Shown in pieces: positions 8,409 through 18,542 of a stretch of DNA of 64,000 nt. The position numbers and the translations under genes are program-made. Positions within the stretch are counted from its first letter, which is position 1. The number at the start of each line of letters is the position of its first letter. The notes beneath the pieces were generated by a model that saw only the letters and a program-made list of their open reading frames with translations, searched no databases and was not told the DNA's origin. The stretch is from Candidatus Uhrbacteria bacterium (GTDB taxonomy: Bacteria; Patescibacteriota; Patescibacteriia; UBA9934): contig JABHCP010000007.1 in the NCBI GenBank assembly GCA_018673485.1, positions 9,890 to 73,889 on the forward strand. Reading direction: 5' to 3'.

Positions 8409-9848
8409 ATGAACAAAACAAAGGCGCTTGCGCAAAACGCAGCTATACAAATCATTGGTAAAACTGCTGCAACATTATTAGGTGTATTTACAGTTGCGAT
8501 TCTAGCCCGTCACTTGGGCGTTGAAGGCTATGGTCAGTTCACCATCGCGCTTTCGTTTCTTTCTATATTTGCAGTGATTGTCGACTTTGGACTCACGCTC
8601 ACCACAACGCAGATGATCTCAGAAAAAGAAGCAGATGAAGCGACACTGCTTGGAAATCTATTAACACTGCGGATTATCTCAGCAGTAGTGTTCCTGGCCT
8701 TGGCTCCTGTTGTGGCATTGGTATTTCCGTATGATAATGTAATCCAATTAGCAATCGCCATTGGTGCATTCTCATATCTTTTTGGAACTACAGCGCAGAT
8801 GTTTGTTGGCGTGTTCCAAAAACGAATGCTTATGTCGCGTGTCGTAATAGCTGAGCTTGCAAACCGCACCGCTGTACTAATCGGGGTGTTATTCGCACCT
8901 TACTTTGGCTTTGGTGTAGTCGACATTGTTTGGTTGCTCGTAATCGGTAACGCAATTCAATTACTGCTCATGCTTTGGCAGACAAAAGTTCTCGTTGCCT
9001 TCAAACCGAAGCTCAACACCGCAATCTGGAAAAAGATAATCTTACGCAGCTGGCCAATTGGGGCATCCATTTTCTTTAATTTGATCTACCTCAGAGGTGA
9101 TATTGTATTTCTATCAATCTTCCGCGACAATGCCGAGACCGGACTTTACGGAGCGGCATACAAAGTTGTTGATGTGGTTGCTGCAATCCCAGTTATGTAC
9201 ATGGGAATCGCCCTTCCTCTTCTTGTTGCCGCATGGAGCGCGTCGCGAACCAATAGATTCAAAAACTACATGCAAAAGTCTTTCGACTTTTTATCAATTG
9301 CAGCAACGCCAATGATTTTTGGAACAATCGCGCTTGGTGTGCCAATAATGCAACTGGTCGCCGGCATGGAATTCACTGAATCTGGAAGAGTTTTGATGAT
9401 ACTTGGTCCAGCAGCGGCAATCGTATTTTGGAATTCACTTTTTGGACACGCCATCGTTGCACTCAACAAACAAAAAGTCATGACCTGGGGTTATTTAGCA
9501 GTCGCCATCCTGACAGTTGCTGGATACATCTACTTTATACCAATCCACGGCATGTGGGCTGCTGCCTGGCTAACACTTTTCTCTGAAGCTCTCATCGGAA
9601 CGCTGACTTTTGTAGTTGTATGGCGCGTGAGCAAATACTTCCCGTCGCTTAAGATGCTGTCCAAGGCAATTCTTGCGAGCGTTGTAATGTTCATCGTTTT
9701 GGTAATTCTCCCGAATGTACACGTCTTGCTACTAATTCCTCTCGCGATGATCATCTACGTGGCAGCGCTAACCGCGCTTGGTGGACCAAAGCCACAAGAA
9801 GTGTTAAACCTATTCCTACCGGAAAAACCACCTATTAGTCAGCCTTAA
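8409..9848 (+). CDS. oligosaccharide flippase (Wzx/MOP family)
   Basis: ARHLGVEGYGQF, DFGL and G.YGAAYK motifs; about 12-14 TM. Confidence 0.9.
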   Translation: MNKTKALAQNAAIQIIGKTAATLLGVFTVAILARHLGVEGYGQFTIALSFLSIFAVIVDFGLTLTTTQMISEKEADEATLLGNLLTLRIISAVVFLALAPVVALVFPYDNVIQLAIAIGAFSYLFGTTAQMFVGVFQKRMLMSRVVIAELANRTAVLIGVLFAPYFGFGVVDIVWLLVIGNAIQLLLMLWQTKVLVAFKPKLNTAIWKKIILRSWPIGASIFFNLIYLRGDIVFLSIFRDNAETGLYGAAYKVVDVVAAIPVMYMGIALPLLVAAWSASRTNRFKNYMQKSFDFLSIAATPMIFGTIALGVPIMQLVAGMEFTESGRVLMILGPAAAIVFWNSLFGHAIVALNKQKVMTWGYLAVAILTVAGYIYFIPIHGMWAAAWLTLFSEALIGTLTFVVVWRVSKYFPSLKMLSKAILASVVMFIVLVILPNVHVLLLIPLAMIIYVAALTALGGPKPQEVLNLFLPEKPPISQP

Positions 9849-9853
9849 TTGCC

Positions 9854-9981
9854 TGTCACCCCTGGCTCCGACCAGGGGCCCATCAATTATCGATTCATTG
9901 AGCTTGATGTAACGATGGATCCCCCGCCTACCGGCAGGCAGGCTGCTTTCGACCCGTCTGACGGGTTTCGCAGGAATGACA
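9854..9981. repeat. REP/MITE-like element with nested cccgcctaccggcaggcagg unit
   Basis: Shares gagcttgatgtaacgatgg and ctgctttcgacccgtctgacgggtttcgcaggaatgaca with 62654-62774. Confidence 0.85.
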
Positions 9982-9988
9982 AAATCAT

Positions 9989-11305
9989 ATGACCACGATT
10001 CTTCTAATCATCCTCTTCATCCTTTTCGCACTTTTAGCCAAGCGTAACCTTAAAGCTGCGCTTATTTTGTTATCTGGACTGTTGCCAATATATCTACTTA
10101 GGATCGAGATTGGACCGATACCCTCAACCACGCTCGAAGTATTGATCTTGATTTGTGCTGTTGCCTGGATCATGAACCTTATCCGTCATCCTGATTCCCA
10201 CACCTCACCATCTCGACGTCTAGGAGAGATCTTCTCAAACAAGAAGACTTCTCACTTCGCTCGAAGTGGGGGCATTAAATGGATTCGACCAACCCTACTA
10301 CTCATTGCCGCAGCTAGTTTCGGGGTCGTCGTTGCACCAGACCTTTTTGGAGCACTTGGAATCTGGAAAGCATACTTCATCGAACCAATTCTCGTTGCAA
10401 TAATGATGCTAACGACCTTTAATCGACGTGACTGGACTCGAGCACTGCAAGCTTTGAGTGTTTCAGCGATCGTACTTTCGATATTCGCCATCGTTCAATA
10501 CTGCACCGGCACCGGAATCCCAACTCCATGGGACATAGAGCTTCGAGTGACAAGCTTTTTCGACTACCCCAACGCACTCGGCCTATTCCTAGCACCAATA
10601 GTGTCATTGAATCTTATCTTGTCATTCCTGCGAAAGCAGGAATCCATCATTTTTCGATCGATCTCGATCGTAACAATCATCCTCGGCCTCACAGCAATCA
10701 TCCTCTCCCAAACCGAAGCAGCACTCGTTGCCATCCCAGCCGCCGTGATAATCACACTACTCATTTCAGAAATTTCAAAAAAATCTAAAGTTATTCTACT
10801 GGTCCTATCGGTCCTACTGGTCGCATGCTCACTACTCATCCCTACAGTCCGCGAAAAACTAACCCTCCAAGACTACTCAGGACAAGTTCGAATCTCACAA
10901 TGGACTGAAACGCTCGAGCTCATTAAAGACAAACCATTCTTTGGCGCTGGACTAAACGGATACCCAACAGCGCTCACGCCATATCACAACTCAACACTCT
11001 ACGAAATCTTCCAGTACCCTCACAACATAATCCTAAACACCTGGACCGAACTCGGACTCCTCGGCCTAATCGCATTATTCTGGTTTGCATATCTAATCCT
11101 AAAACAAACCATCTCGACGCCCAGGAGAGATTCTCTCAAGAAGACTTCTCCTGACGTCGAAGTGGGTATACTACAACTCGCCCTCTTTGCAGCACTCCTC
11201 ACGATCCTCATCCACGGCCTGGTCGATGTCCCCTATTTCAAAAACGACCTTGCAGTCATGACATGGATACTGTTCGCTGGATACATCGCCATTAAAAGAA
11301 AATGA
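9989..11305 (+). CDS. O-antigen ligase/polymerase (Wzy_C) family membrane protein
   Basis: RVTSFFDYPNALG, R...W, PFFGAG, YPHNIILN..ELGLLG and HGLVD motifs; follows the flippase. Confidence 0.88.
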   Translation: MTTILLIILFILFALLAKRNLKAALILLSGLLPIYLLRIEIGPIPSTTLEVLILICAVAWIMNLIRHPDSHTSPSRRLGEIFSNKKTSHFARSGGIKWIRPTLLLIAAASFGVVVAPDLFGALGIWKAYFIEPILVAIMMLTTFNRRDWTRALQALSVSAIVLSIFAIVQYCTGTGIPTPWDIELRVTSFFDYPNALGLFLAPIVSLNLILSFLRKQESIIFRSISIVTIILGLTAIILSQTEAALVAIPAAVIITLLISEISKKSKVILLVLSVLLVACSLLIPTVREKLTLQDYSGQVRISQWTETLELIKDKPFFGAGLNGYPTALTPYHNSTLYEIFQYPHNIILNTWTELGLLGLIALFWFAYLILKQTISTPRRDSLKKTSPDVEVGILQLALFAALLTILIHGLVDVPYFKNDLAVMTWILFAGYIAIKRK

Positions 11306-11311
11306 ACCAAC

Positions 11312-11345
11312 AGCCTTGACAAAAGGCTGTTTTGGGTTTAAATAG
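11312..11345 (+). promoter_or_regulatory. promoter -35 inside an inverted repeat (may double as terminator of upstream gene)
   Basis: cagcc-TTGACAaaa-ggctg-tttt; the 22-mer is identical at 12259-12280. Confidence 0.6.
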
Positions 11346-11381
11346 ATGCGTCCACTCTTGGGCCCCAACAACGGAGAGCAC

Positions 11382-12146
11382 ATGACAATTCGCCCCCTCC
11401 CCTGCGCTGATGACAACGTGAAAGCATTGGTATCACCCTTCAAACTGAGTGAGGTGGTAGTCACCTCGCCTGATGATCGCCGGCGAGCCGTTGAGTACAT
11501 GGCCTTCTGGTTTGGCCAGGACGAGCACATGAACCAGTTCTTTGGAGCCCTATGCAAACATGGAACTCCGGAACAGCAAGCGTCTGCACGTCGCGCCATC
11601 TTTGACATCTTCCTCGACGACGCACTCAAGTGCGCCTACCTGCGTAGCTTGGACGGTGAACGCACCGCATGCGAAAGCTGGTGGACGTACATGTACCCAA
11701 AAACGATCCGCGAAGACCTTGAAGAAACTGCTCAGCAAGTAGCTCGTGGATTCGAAGCTATCGGCTGGGCCAAACTCTTCTACGGTTTCCAGGTACTGAT
11801 GGCTGTCAAAAACCACGCTGTACCCAAAATTGATGGAGCGATGATCCCGCACCTTCAACTCAGCAATATCGCAACCGTTGAGGACCTCCGTGGAAGAAAG
11901 CACGCGACAGCTCACATCGTAGCGGTCTGCCGCGTCGCTGATGACCTCAACCTGCCAATTGCGCTGTGCTATGCGCGCCCCGACAATGCCACGTTTTACG
12001 CGAAGTTTGGATTCGAGGACAAGGAACGCATTCCAAAGCTGCCTGACAAATGCCCGTTCTACAACTGGATGTTGCGCATACCAGAGTCGGGACCAGGTGG
12101 TCACACAATGCACATCTGGCGAGCACGCAGACTCCTGCAAGCCTAG
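11382..12146 (+). CDS. GNAT-like acetyltransferase-fold protein
   Basis: LSNIATVEDLRGRKHA and N..FYAKFGF GNAT motifs; SD GGAG before ATG 11382. Confidence 0.7.
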   Translation: MTIRPLPCADDNVKALVSPFKLSEVVVTSPDDRRRAVEYMAFWFGQDEHMNQFFGALCKHGTPEQQASARRAIFDIFLDDALKCAYLRSLDGERTACESWWTYMYPKTIREDLEETAQQVARGFEAIGWAKLFYGFQVLMAVKNHAVPKIDGAMIPHLQLSNIATVEDLRGRKHATAHIVAVCRVADDLNLPIALCYARPDNATFYAKFGFEDKERIPKLPDKCPFYNWMLRIPESGPGGHTMHIWRARRLLQA

Positions 12147-12336
12147 CGACAACAGTGCAGCCCCTTAACCCGCCAAACTCGGCGGGTTTCACGCTTGCAA
12201 TATTAGTTAGTTGCGCCTAAATCCTCTACTTTTTTCACAAAACTCCCCTAGAGACAGTAGCCTTGACAAAAGGCTGTTTTTTATATAATCTTTCGAGTGG
12301 ATTTAACTTCAAGCCACGATACCCCCGAGGTGAAAC

Positions 12337-12738
12337 ATGAGTCGCAGCTTCGCAGAAGTCCGCCAAGCGGCACCACCGATCCACGCCTTTGTGCCGGCGC
12401 ACAAAACCTTAGTGGATAAAATGATGGGCACCGTGACTGGCGACAAAGTCACGATCCTCGAGCCCAACACCATCGACGAACAGTATAGCGACACGCCTTT
12501 CGGTAGTGATGCTGCTACGAGCTATGTCGCGGGTGACGGCAATCGCAAAACCCCATACACCCTCAAAAGTGCGGCGCCAATGTCTGCACACTACGGTATG
12601 GTTGGCCTATGGTGGCTCTTCCAACTCAGCCTGCGCTCATGCAAGCGTCCGGTGTACATCAAGGTCAACGATTGGATCTTCGAGATCACTCCCGAAGGCG
12701 TCATCGCCCTCGACGGTACACTCACGAAGCTCATCTGA
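12337..12738 (+). CDS. hypothetical orphan protein
   Basis: GAGGTG SD, own promoter (TTGACA-17-TAATCT) and terminator cccgcc/ggcggg. Confidence 0.7.
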   Translation: MSRSFAEVRQAAPPIHAFVPAHKTLVDKMMGTVTGDKVTILEPNTIDEQYSDTPFGSDAATSYVAGDGNRKTPYTLKSAAPMSAHYGMVGLWWLFQLSLRSCKRPVYIKVNDWIFEITPEGVIALDGTLTKLI

Positions 12739-12879
12739 GCTACTCTCTCGTTGAACCCGCAAGGACCTTTCGTGACCCGCCTCACCAGGCGGGTTTCACT
12801 CTTGCAAAATTAGTTAAGCCAACTCCTTTCTCCAACTAAGCTCACCTGATATAATAGTTTCATAAATTAATCACGCACT

Positions 12880-13824
12880 ATGTTAGCATTTTGGATTGTC
12901 GTCTTTATCGTATCGTTGGCCGTAATGGTCAAGGGTGCTGACTGGCTTATTGCCAGCTCTGAGAAAATTGGTTTGTCCTTTGGACTATCTCCTTTCATTG
13001 TTGGTGTAACCATTGTTGGTTTGGGAACATCGTTTCCTGAGCTTGTTTCGTCTTTTGTTGCGGTCATGCAGGGCGCAACAGAGATCGTAACTGCAAACGC
13101 GGTGGGGTCCAACATCGCCAACATCTTACTTGTCATTGGATTTGCTGCAGTAATTGGTAGGCGTCTTACAGTTACAAAAAACTTAATTGACCTAGACCTT
13201 CCATTGCTTGCAATCGGAACCGTGCTATTAATTGGAGTCGTGTTTGACGGACAGGTAACACTTGGTGAAGCAATTCTATTGGTTGTTACTTACGGAATCT
13301 ATTTGCTTTACACAATTATTCACACAGAAGAGGAGGAAGAGGGTCAAAAGAAAAAGAAGAAAGCAAAACGACCAAAGGTTACTATCAAAGACATCGTTCT
13401 GCTAATCATTGGAATAGCCGGCTTGGTACTTGGAGCAAAATATCTAATCGATTCACTAGTGAATCTTTCCACCATGTTAAATGTTGCAACTGGTGTGATT
13501 GCAATTACAGCTGTTGCGATTGGTACGTCCCTGCCAGAGCTACTAGTATCTGTAAAAGCAGCTCGCGCTGGAAAGCCGGAGGTCGCGCTTGGAAACATTT
13601 TTGGATCTAACATCTTTAATGCCTTCATGGTAATCGGACTCCCTGGACTAATGGGAACACTAATGATTGATGACATGACCTTAATGATTGGAGTCCCAAC
13701 CATGGCGCTCGCAACACTATTATTCGTGATCTCCGGAATCTCACGAAGAATCTACATGTGGGAAGGAGCGTTCTACCTAGCACTCTACGTTCTATTTATT
13801 GCGAAACTATTTAACTGGTTCTAG
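12880..13824 (+). CDS. calcium/sodium antiporter (YrbG/CaCA family)
   Basis: Two alpha repeats: GTSFPE...GSNIAN and GTSLPE...GSNIFN. Confidence 0.93.
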   Translation: MLAFWIVVFIVSLAVMVKGADWLIASSEKIGLSFGLSPFIVGVTIVGLGTSFPELVSSFVAVMQGATEIVTANAVGSNIANILLVIGFAAVIGRRLTVTKNLIDLDLPLLAIGTVLLIGVVFDGQVTLGEAILLVVTYGIYLLYTIIHTEEEEEGQKKKKKAKRPKVTIKDIVLLIIGIAGLVLGAKYLIDSLVNLSTMLNVATGVIAITAVAIGTSLPELLVSVKAARAGKPEVALGNIFGSNIFNAFMVIGLPGLMGTLMIDDMTLMIGVPTMALATLLFVISGISRRIYMWEGAFYLALYVLFIAKLFNWF

Positions 13825-13933
13825 ACTGAAATACTGAACGAACATAAAACGACCTGTGCAGAGCATGGGTCGTTTTCGCTTCCACCACGCAGAGCACTTT
13901 GATATAATAAAACCACTTAAACCCCCAAATTTT

Positions 13934-14803
13934 ATGCAAAAAATACGAAAAGTTGTGATTCCGGTTGCGGGCTATGGAACTCGATTCCTGCCTGTTACCA
14001 AGGCTATGCCAAAAGAGATGATGCCGATTATCGATAAACCTGTTATTCAGTATGTTGTTGAGGAGGCGGTTGATAGCGGTATTACTGATATTGTTCTTGT
14101 GACTGGTGCCTCCAAGCGTGCTGTAGAGGATCATTTTGACTACAATCACGACCTACAGAACTGGCTGAAAAAACAAGGAAAAAATGAAATGCGTGAGCGA
14201 GTGAAGAAAATCGCAGACATGGCGAACTTTACATATATTCGTCAGAAGGGTCCGTATGGAAACGGAACTCCGGTATTAAACGCTGAGCACGTCATCGGTG
14301 ATGAACCGTTTGCAGTAGTATGGGGTGATGAGTTTTTCACGGGAGGTAAGAAACCTCGACTCAAACAACTATTAGACGTATACGAAAAATATCAAGACCC
14401 AGTTCTCACAGGAATGCGAGTGGGAAAAGAAGGCACCGATAGGTTTGGAATAGTCGATCCAGTTGCCGAGGTTCAAAAGGATGTATGGGAAATCAAAGGA
14501 ATCGTAGAGAAGCCAGGACCAAAGAAAGCAAAATCAAAAATTGCGGCAATGGGTGGATACATTCTGCCGCCTGAAATCTTCGAAATCCTCAAAAAGACAA
14601 AACGAGGTAAGGGTGGTGAGGTTTGGCTCGCTGACGCAATAGCGGTACTTGGAAAAACACGGCCAATGTACATCAAGATTGTCGATGGAGCTTACCGGGA
14701 TACTGGAACAAAGGAAGCATGGCTTAAGACAAACATCGCTTTGGCACTCGAGGATAAAGCGCTCAAGACTGAGATGCGGAAATATATAAAATCTCTTCTC
14801 TAA
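13934..14803 (+). CDS. galU: UTP--glucose-1-phosphate uridylyltransferase
   Basis: VIPVAGYGTRFLPVTKAMPKEM, EKP and GEVWLADAI motifs. Confidence 0.93.
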   Translation: MQKIRKVVIPVAGYGTRFLPVTKAMPKEMMPIIDKPVIQYVVEEAVDSGITDIVLVTGASKRAVEDHFDYNHDLQNWLKKQGKNEMRERVKKIADMANFTYIRQKGPYGNGTPVLNAEHVIGDEPFAVVWGDEFFTGGKKPRLKQLLDVYEKYQDPVLTGMRVGKEGTDRFGIVDPVAEVQKDVWEIKGIVEKPGPKKAKSKIAAMGGYILPPEIFEILKKTKRGKGGEVWLADAIAVLGKTRPMYIKIVDGAYRDTGTKEAWLKTNIALALEDKALKTEMRKYIKSLL

Positions 14804-14811
14804 TAACTTTT

Positions 14812-16200
14812 ATGAAAAAACTTTCCATCCTACTTCTGTTTACACTGCTTGTTACAGTGGGGGCAGGATGCACAGGAGGCACCAGCACCGCCTCATTTGA
14901 TGATATCGACATTGTTATCTGGCGTGTTTTTGACGACGACGATACGTTCGACGCAATTATCGACAACTACCGAGCGCTGCATCCAAATATAAGCGTTGAA
15001 TATAAGAAATTGCGCTACGACGAATACGAAGACGAGTTAATCCAGGCCTTTGCAGAAGGCCGTGGACCAGATGTGCTGTCATTGCACAACACGTGGTTGC
15101 CAGACTACCAAGTCTTACTCGAACCAATGCCAAGCTCAACAACCGTTTCCTACTTAGAGACCCAGGGGACACTGCGTAAAGAAACTGTTGTCGTGTCGCG
15201 CACCACAAATACAATGAGCATGCGCGAGCTTGAAAGTTCATTCGTCGAGCAGGTCGCAGAAGATGTTGTTTTGGACTACCAAATCGATCCAGATATTGAT
15301 CCAGTTGAAAAAATCTACGGTCTACCAATGGCTATGGATACAATGACACTTTTTTACAACAAGGATTTACTAAATGCAGCTGGTATCGCGACACCACCGT
15401 CAACTTGGAGCGAATTTCAAGATGACATTATTGCGCTTACCACCTATGACAGTGATGGCAATGTGGACCAGTCAGGTGCGGCTATCGGAACATCTGATAA
15501 TGTAGAGAGAGCTGCTGATATTCTCTCACTCCTTATGATGCAAAATGGAACAGAGATGACAGATGAGCGTGGGCGTGTGTACTTCCACGAGATTCCAAAG
15601 GACTCTCCAGAGGGAGTATACCCAGGATATGACGCCACTAGCTTTTACACTGACTTTGCAAATCCAACTAAGGAAGTTTACACATGGAATGATAACTTTG
15701 ACAGCTCATACGAAAGCTTCGCAAACGGAGAGACAGCAATGTTCTTTGGCTATAGTTACCATATTCCCCTATTGCAAGCTGCGGCACCAAAACTCAACTA
15801 TGCAATCGCGCAGGCTCCACAGATCTCTGGTGGACGCGAGGTAAACTTTGCAAACTACTGGGTGGAGTGCGTAGCTGCTGCATCAGAGAATCCAGAATGG
15901 GCGTGGAACTTCATTCTATTTGCCACTGACGAGGATCAAGTTATCAACTATCTTGACGAGGCTCAAAAGCCAACTGCACTACGTAATTTAATTGGCGGTC
16001 AACTGGACCACTCATTGCTAGGTGCATTTGCCGAGCAAATCCTGACGGCGCAAAGCTGGTACCACGGATATGACGCAGCTGTTACAGAAGACGTATTCGG
16101 TGACTTGATCGATACGATACTAGCCGGCACAGACGATCCAGAAAATGCAATGAACAGTGCGGCATCAAGAATATCTGACACTTACAACAAGAGCGATTAG
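14812..16200 (+). CDS. ABC-type extracellular solute-binding lipoprotein (sugar-binding family 1)
   Basis: Lipobox GAGC; GPDV, YGLP..LFYNKDLL..PPSTWSE and FANGETAM motifs. Confidence 0.88.
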   Translation: MKKLSILLLFTLLVTVGAGCTGGTSTASFDDIDIVIWRVFDDDDTFDAIIDNYRALHPNISVEYKKLRYDEYEDELIQAFAEGRGPDVLSLHNTWLPDYQVLLEPMPSSTTVSYLETQGTLRKETVVVSRTTNTMSMRELESSFVEQVAEDVVLDYQIDPDIDPVEKIYGLPMAMDTMTLFYNKDLLNAAGIATPPSTWSEFQDDIIALTTYDSDGNVDQSGAAIGTSDNVERAADILSLLMMQNGTEMTDERGRVYFHEIPKDSPEGVYPGYDATSFYTDFANPTKEVYTWNDNFDSSYESFANGETAMFFGYSYHIPLLQAAAPKLNYAIAQAPQISGGREVNFANYWVECVAAASENPEWAWNFILFATDEDQVINYLDEAQKPTALRNLIGGQLDHSLLGAFAEQILTAQSWYHGYDAAVTEDVFGDLIDTILAGTDDPENAMNSAASRISDTYNKSD

Positions 16201-16272
16201 TGACGCTACATAAAATTCAATAAAAAAACTTCCGGTTAAGCTGGAAGTTTTTTTATTGATCACCAATCTTTT

Positions 16273-16548
16273 CTACTCAATTCGTATTGCCTTACCTTCA
16301 ACTAAAGCCCCTGCGACCTTTGATAGTCCAGAGGAGATTATCCTCTGCAAGGTGCTTTGTGAAGTCTGCATTTTTTGTGCTGCTTGCGTTTGAGAAAGTC
16401 CTTCATATTGAGTTAGGCGAATTGCCTCAAACTCCTCATCATCGAGCGTGATCACCTCCAATTGTCGCATGGGCACACCCTGAGGTTTAAAATATGTAAC
16501 CTCAGGGGAAAACCTGATACGCCTAGACATTCGTGGTCGTGGTGACAT
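16273..16548 (-). CDS. DUF134 family HTH protein
   Basis: PRPR..R...P.VTYFKPQG, EFEAIRL..EGLSQ..AA.KM and ALVEGKAIRIE motifs. Confidence 0.9.
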   Translation of the reverse strand: MSPRPRMSRRIRFSPEVTYFKPQGVPMRQLEVITLDDEEFEAIRLTQYEGLSQTQAAQKMQTSQSTLQRIISSGLSKVAGALVEGKAIRIE

Positions 16549-16550
16549 AC

Positions 16551-16736
16551 TTATTCTTGATCTTGCCGGTTTCTTCCTCTTCCGAAAAATCTACCGAGCA
16601 TACCGCGTCCACCACGGCGCATTGCGCGACCTCTTCCTTGGCGTGGGCAGGGCAACTCACTTTTGTCACAGGGCCCTAAGGCCTGCCCAGTTTTTGGACC
16701 TTGGCCATCTGGACCGGTCCCATCTCTATTTGGCAT
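16551..16736 (-). CDS. DUF5320-like small Gly/Arg-rich protein
   Basis: MP.RDGTGP.GQGP.TG..LGPC start; usual neighbour of DUF134. Confidence 0.8.
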   Translation of the reverse strand: MPNRDGTGPDGQGPKTGQALGPCDKSELPCPRQGRGRAMRRGGRGMLGRFFGRGRNRQDQE

Positions 16737-16949
16737 AGAATTTATGGTTAATACTTATCTATTTTGAATATATACCCATATCTATATTCTGTCAACTGTT
16801 GAAACGTTTAAAATGTTCAATCGTAAAGGCGTTGCCCTCACTTGTTGAAATTGTTTACTTCGGAATAAACACTTTAAACAATTTAAACCTTTCTTCAAAA
16901 GCAAAAGCTGCCCTCTCCACGAAGGAGGGGCAGCGTACGGTTCGGGGAT

Positions 16950-17618
16950 CTATTCTTCCCCGAAGTCACGACTCCAGTGCCAGTCGAGATATTTGTCACC
17001 TGTCCGGAACTGGATCCACTTGTTGGAAATCGAGAACATCACCTTGTGCTCTGTGGTATGTATACGACCTGGAACACCAAGCGCTGCGTAACGCCCATTG
17101 GCATTCGTAGGCTTGAGCTGCTCGGCAGTGTAGTGCCACTCGGCGTGTCCACGAGCATCGACTCGTGTATCTGGGAACACGAGGTGACAGCGCTCACCAG
17201 GGTTGAGCACATAACTCTCCTGACCGCTATCCATGACAACACGGTCAGTACCCTGGTGCGCCACGACTGTAGTCTGGCCATCAGGCATCTGCGCGAGCAT
17301 CGGCATGGCTTTCCACACACTGACCGGGAAACCATCGATACTGAAGCGGATCGGCGCAGGGGTGTCGTTCGTGAACGTCGCCTCGAACCATCCTTGGGCT
17401 GCGTTGGGTGGCAATCCACCGATGTAACACTTGCCTGGGACGACCTCACGAGCATCGATCATAGGCGAATACGGACTCGAATGGGTTTGCGTTGCAACGG
17501 TCTGCCGTTGTACGTCCTGTCGTTGCGTCTGCTGCTGCACCGGGGGTGGAGCATGGCGAGAGTGAGGACCCGCAAAGGTAGTAGCGGCCAACAAGACAAT
17601 GCACGTGAGATGACTCAT
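16950..17618 (-). CDS. hypothetical secreted protein
   Basis: Signal-peptide-like N-terminus, GGGGAG SD, follows 17622-18272. Confidence 0.65.
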   Translation of the reverse strand: MSHLTCIVLLAATTFAGPHSRHAPPPVQQQTQRQDVQRQTVATQTHSSPYSPMIDAREVVPGKCYIGGLPPNAAQGWFEATFTNDTPAPIRFSIDGFPVSVWKAMPMLAQMPDGQTTVVAHQGTDRVVMDSGQESYVLNPGERCHLVFPDTRVDARGHAEWHYTAEQLKPTNANGRYAALGVPGRIHTTEHKVMFSISNKWIQFRTGDKYLDWHWSRDFGEE

Positions 17619-17621
17619 GAT

Positions 17622-18272
17622 CTACTCCCCCTCGAGGATGTCTGTGAGGACTTCCTCGGCTGAGTCAGCACGCGCCTGCTGGGCGTCGGCCTCCTTTTGG
17701 GCCTTCTCGCGTTGCAGCTTCAGTGCCTCGATTTGGCTTGCTTGCCGTTGCGTCGTCGCTTCGAGCTCTGCGGCCTCAGCCTCGGCTGCGGCCTGGAGTT
17801 GTTGCGCACCCTGGACCTCAGTACTACGACCATCGGCCCACATCTGAGTAGAGATAATCGACGCTTCGCTGTCGATGATCTGCAAATCGCGTGTGAGCAT
17901 CGGCGGAAGATAGGCACCATACGGATCGTGATACTGATCGTACAGACTGTAGTACTGATCGTACGGATCGCTATACATGTCAGGAGGCGGCGGCACATAG
18001 GTCGGGCCAACCTGAAGGTGGAGACCTCCGCGCACGCGCGGGGTGGAACCACGGTTGTACGCTCGGCGGCGGCTCGGCTCGATCTGCACGTGCAACTGAG
18101 CGGACTGTCCGCTGCACTGGTACCAGCCGTCGCTGTTGCGATAGTCAGGCACCTGGATGGTGCGCATGTCCACGCAATTGCCGTTGCGGTAATCGTAGCA
18201 GACCTGCTTGCAGGAATCTGCGTAGGCGGGGTTCAGGCTCATGGTGAGAACGAGGGCGATCAGGAAGTTCAT
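17622..18272 (-). CDS. hypothetical secreted protein, Cys-rich N-terminus and coiled-coil C-terminus
   Basis: GGAG SD before MNFLIALV..AYA signal peptide. Confidence 0.65.
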   Translation of the reverse strand: MNFLIALVLTMSLNPAYADSCKQVCYDYRNGNCVDMRTIQVPDYRNSDGWYQCSGQSAQLHVQIEPSRRRAYNRGSTPRVRGGLHLQVGPTYVPPPPDMYSDPYDQYYSLYDQYHDPYGAYLPPMLTRDLQIIDSEASIISTQMWADGRSTEVQGAQQLQAAAEAEAAELEATTQRQASQIEALKLQREKAQKEADAQQARADSAEEVLTDILEGE

Positions 18273-18542
18273 GACTTCTCCGGGGGTGATAGGACGGGAA
18301 AATTCACTACAAAAGCGCTTATGCTGGCGCTCTGCAGACATGTTAAATTATCATGAAAAACTCATTCGGTCAATACAAAGCCATGCCTCATTGAACTAAT
18401 CAGTCACGACTACCCCAAACCTAGCCTAGTATTCCTGATTGACAATTATGCGAACTTTTGCTAAATTAAACCGTCTTGATCTACTCGTCTTTGGGACGAA
18501 TCAAGTATCCGTCCCCTCAAAAACCACACACAGGAGTGACCC

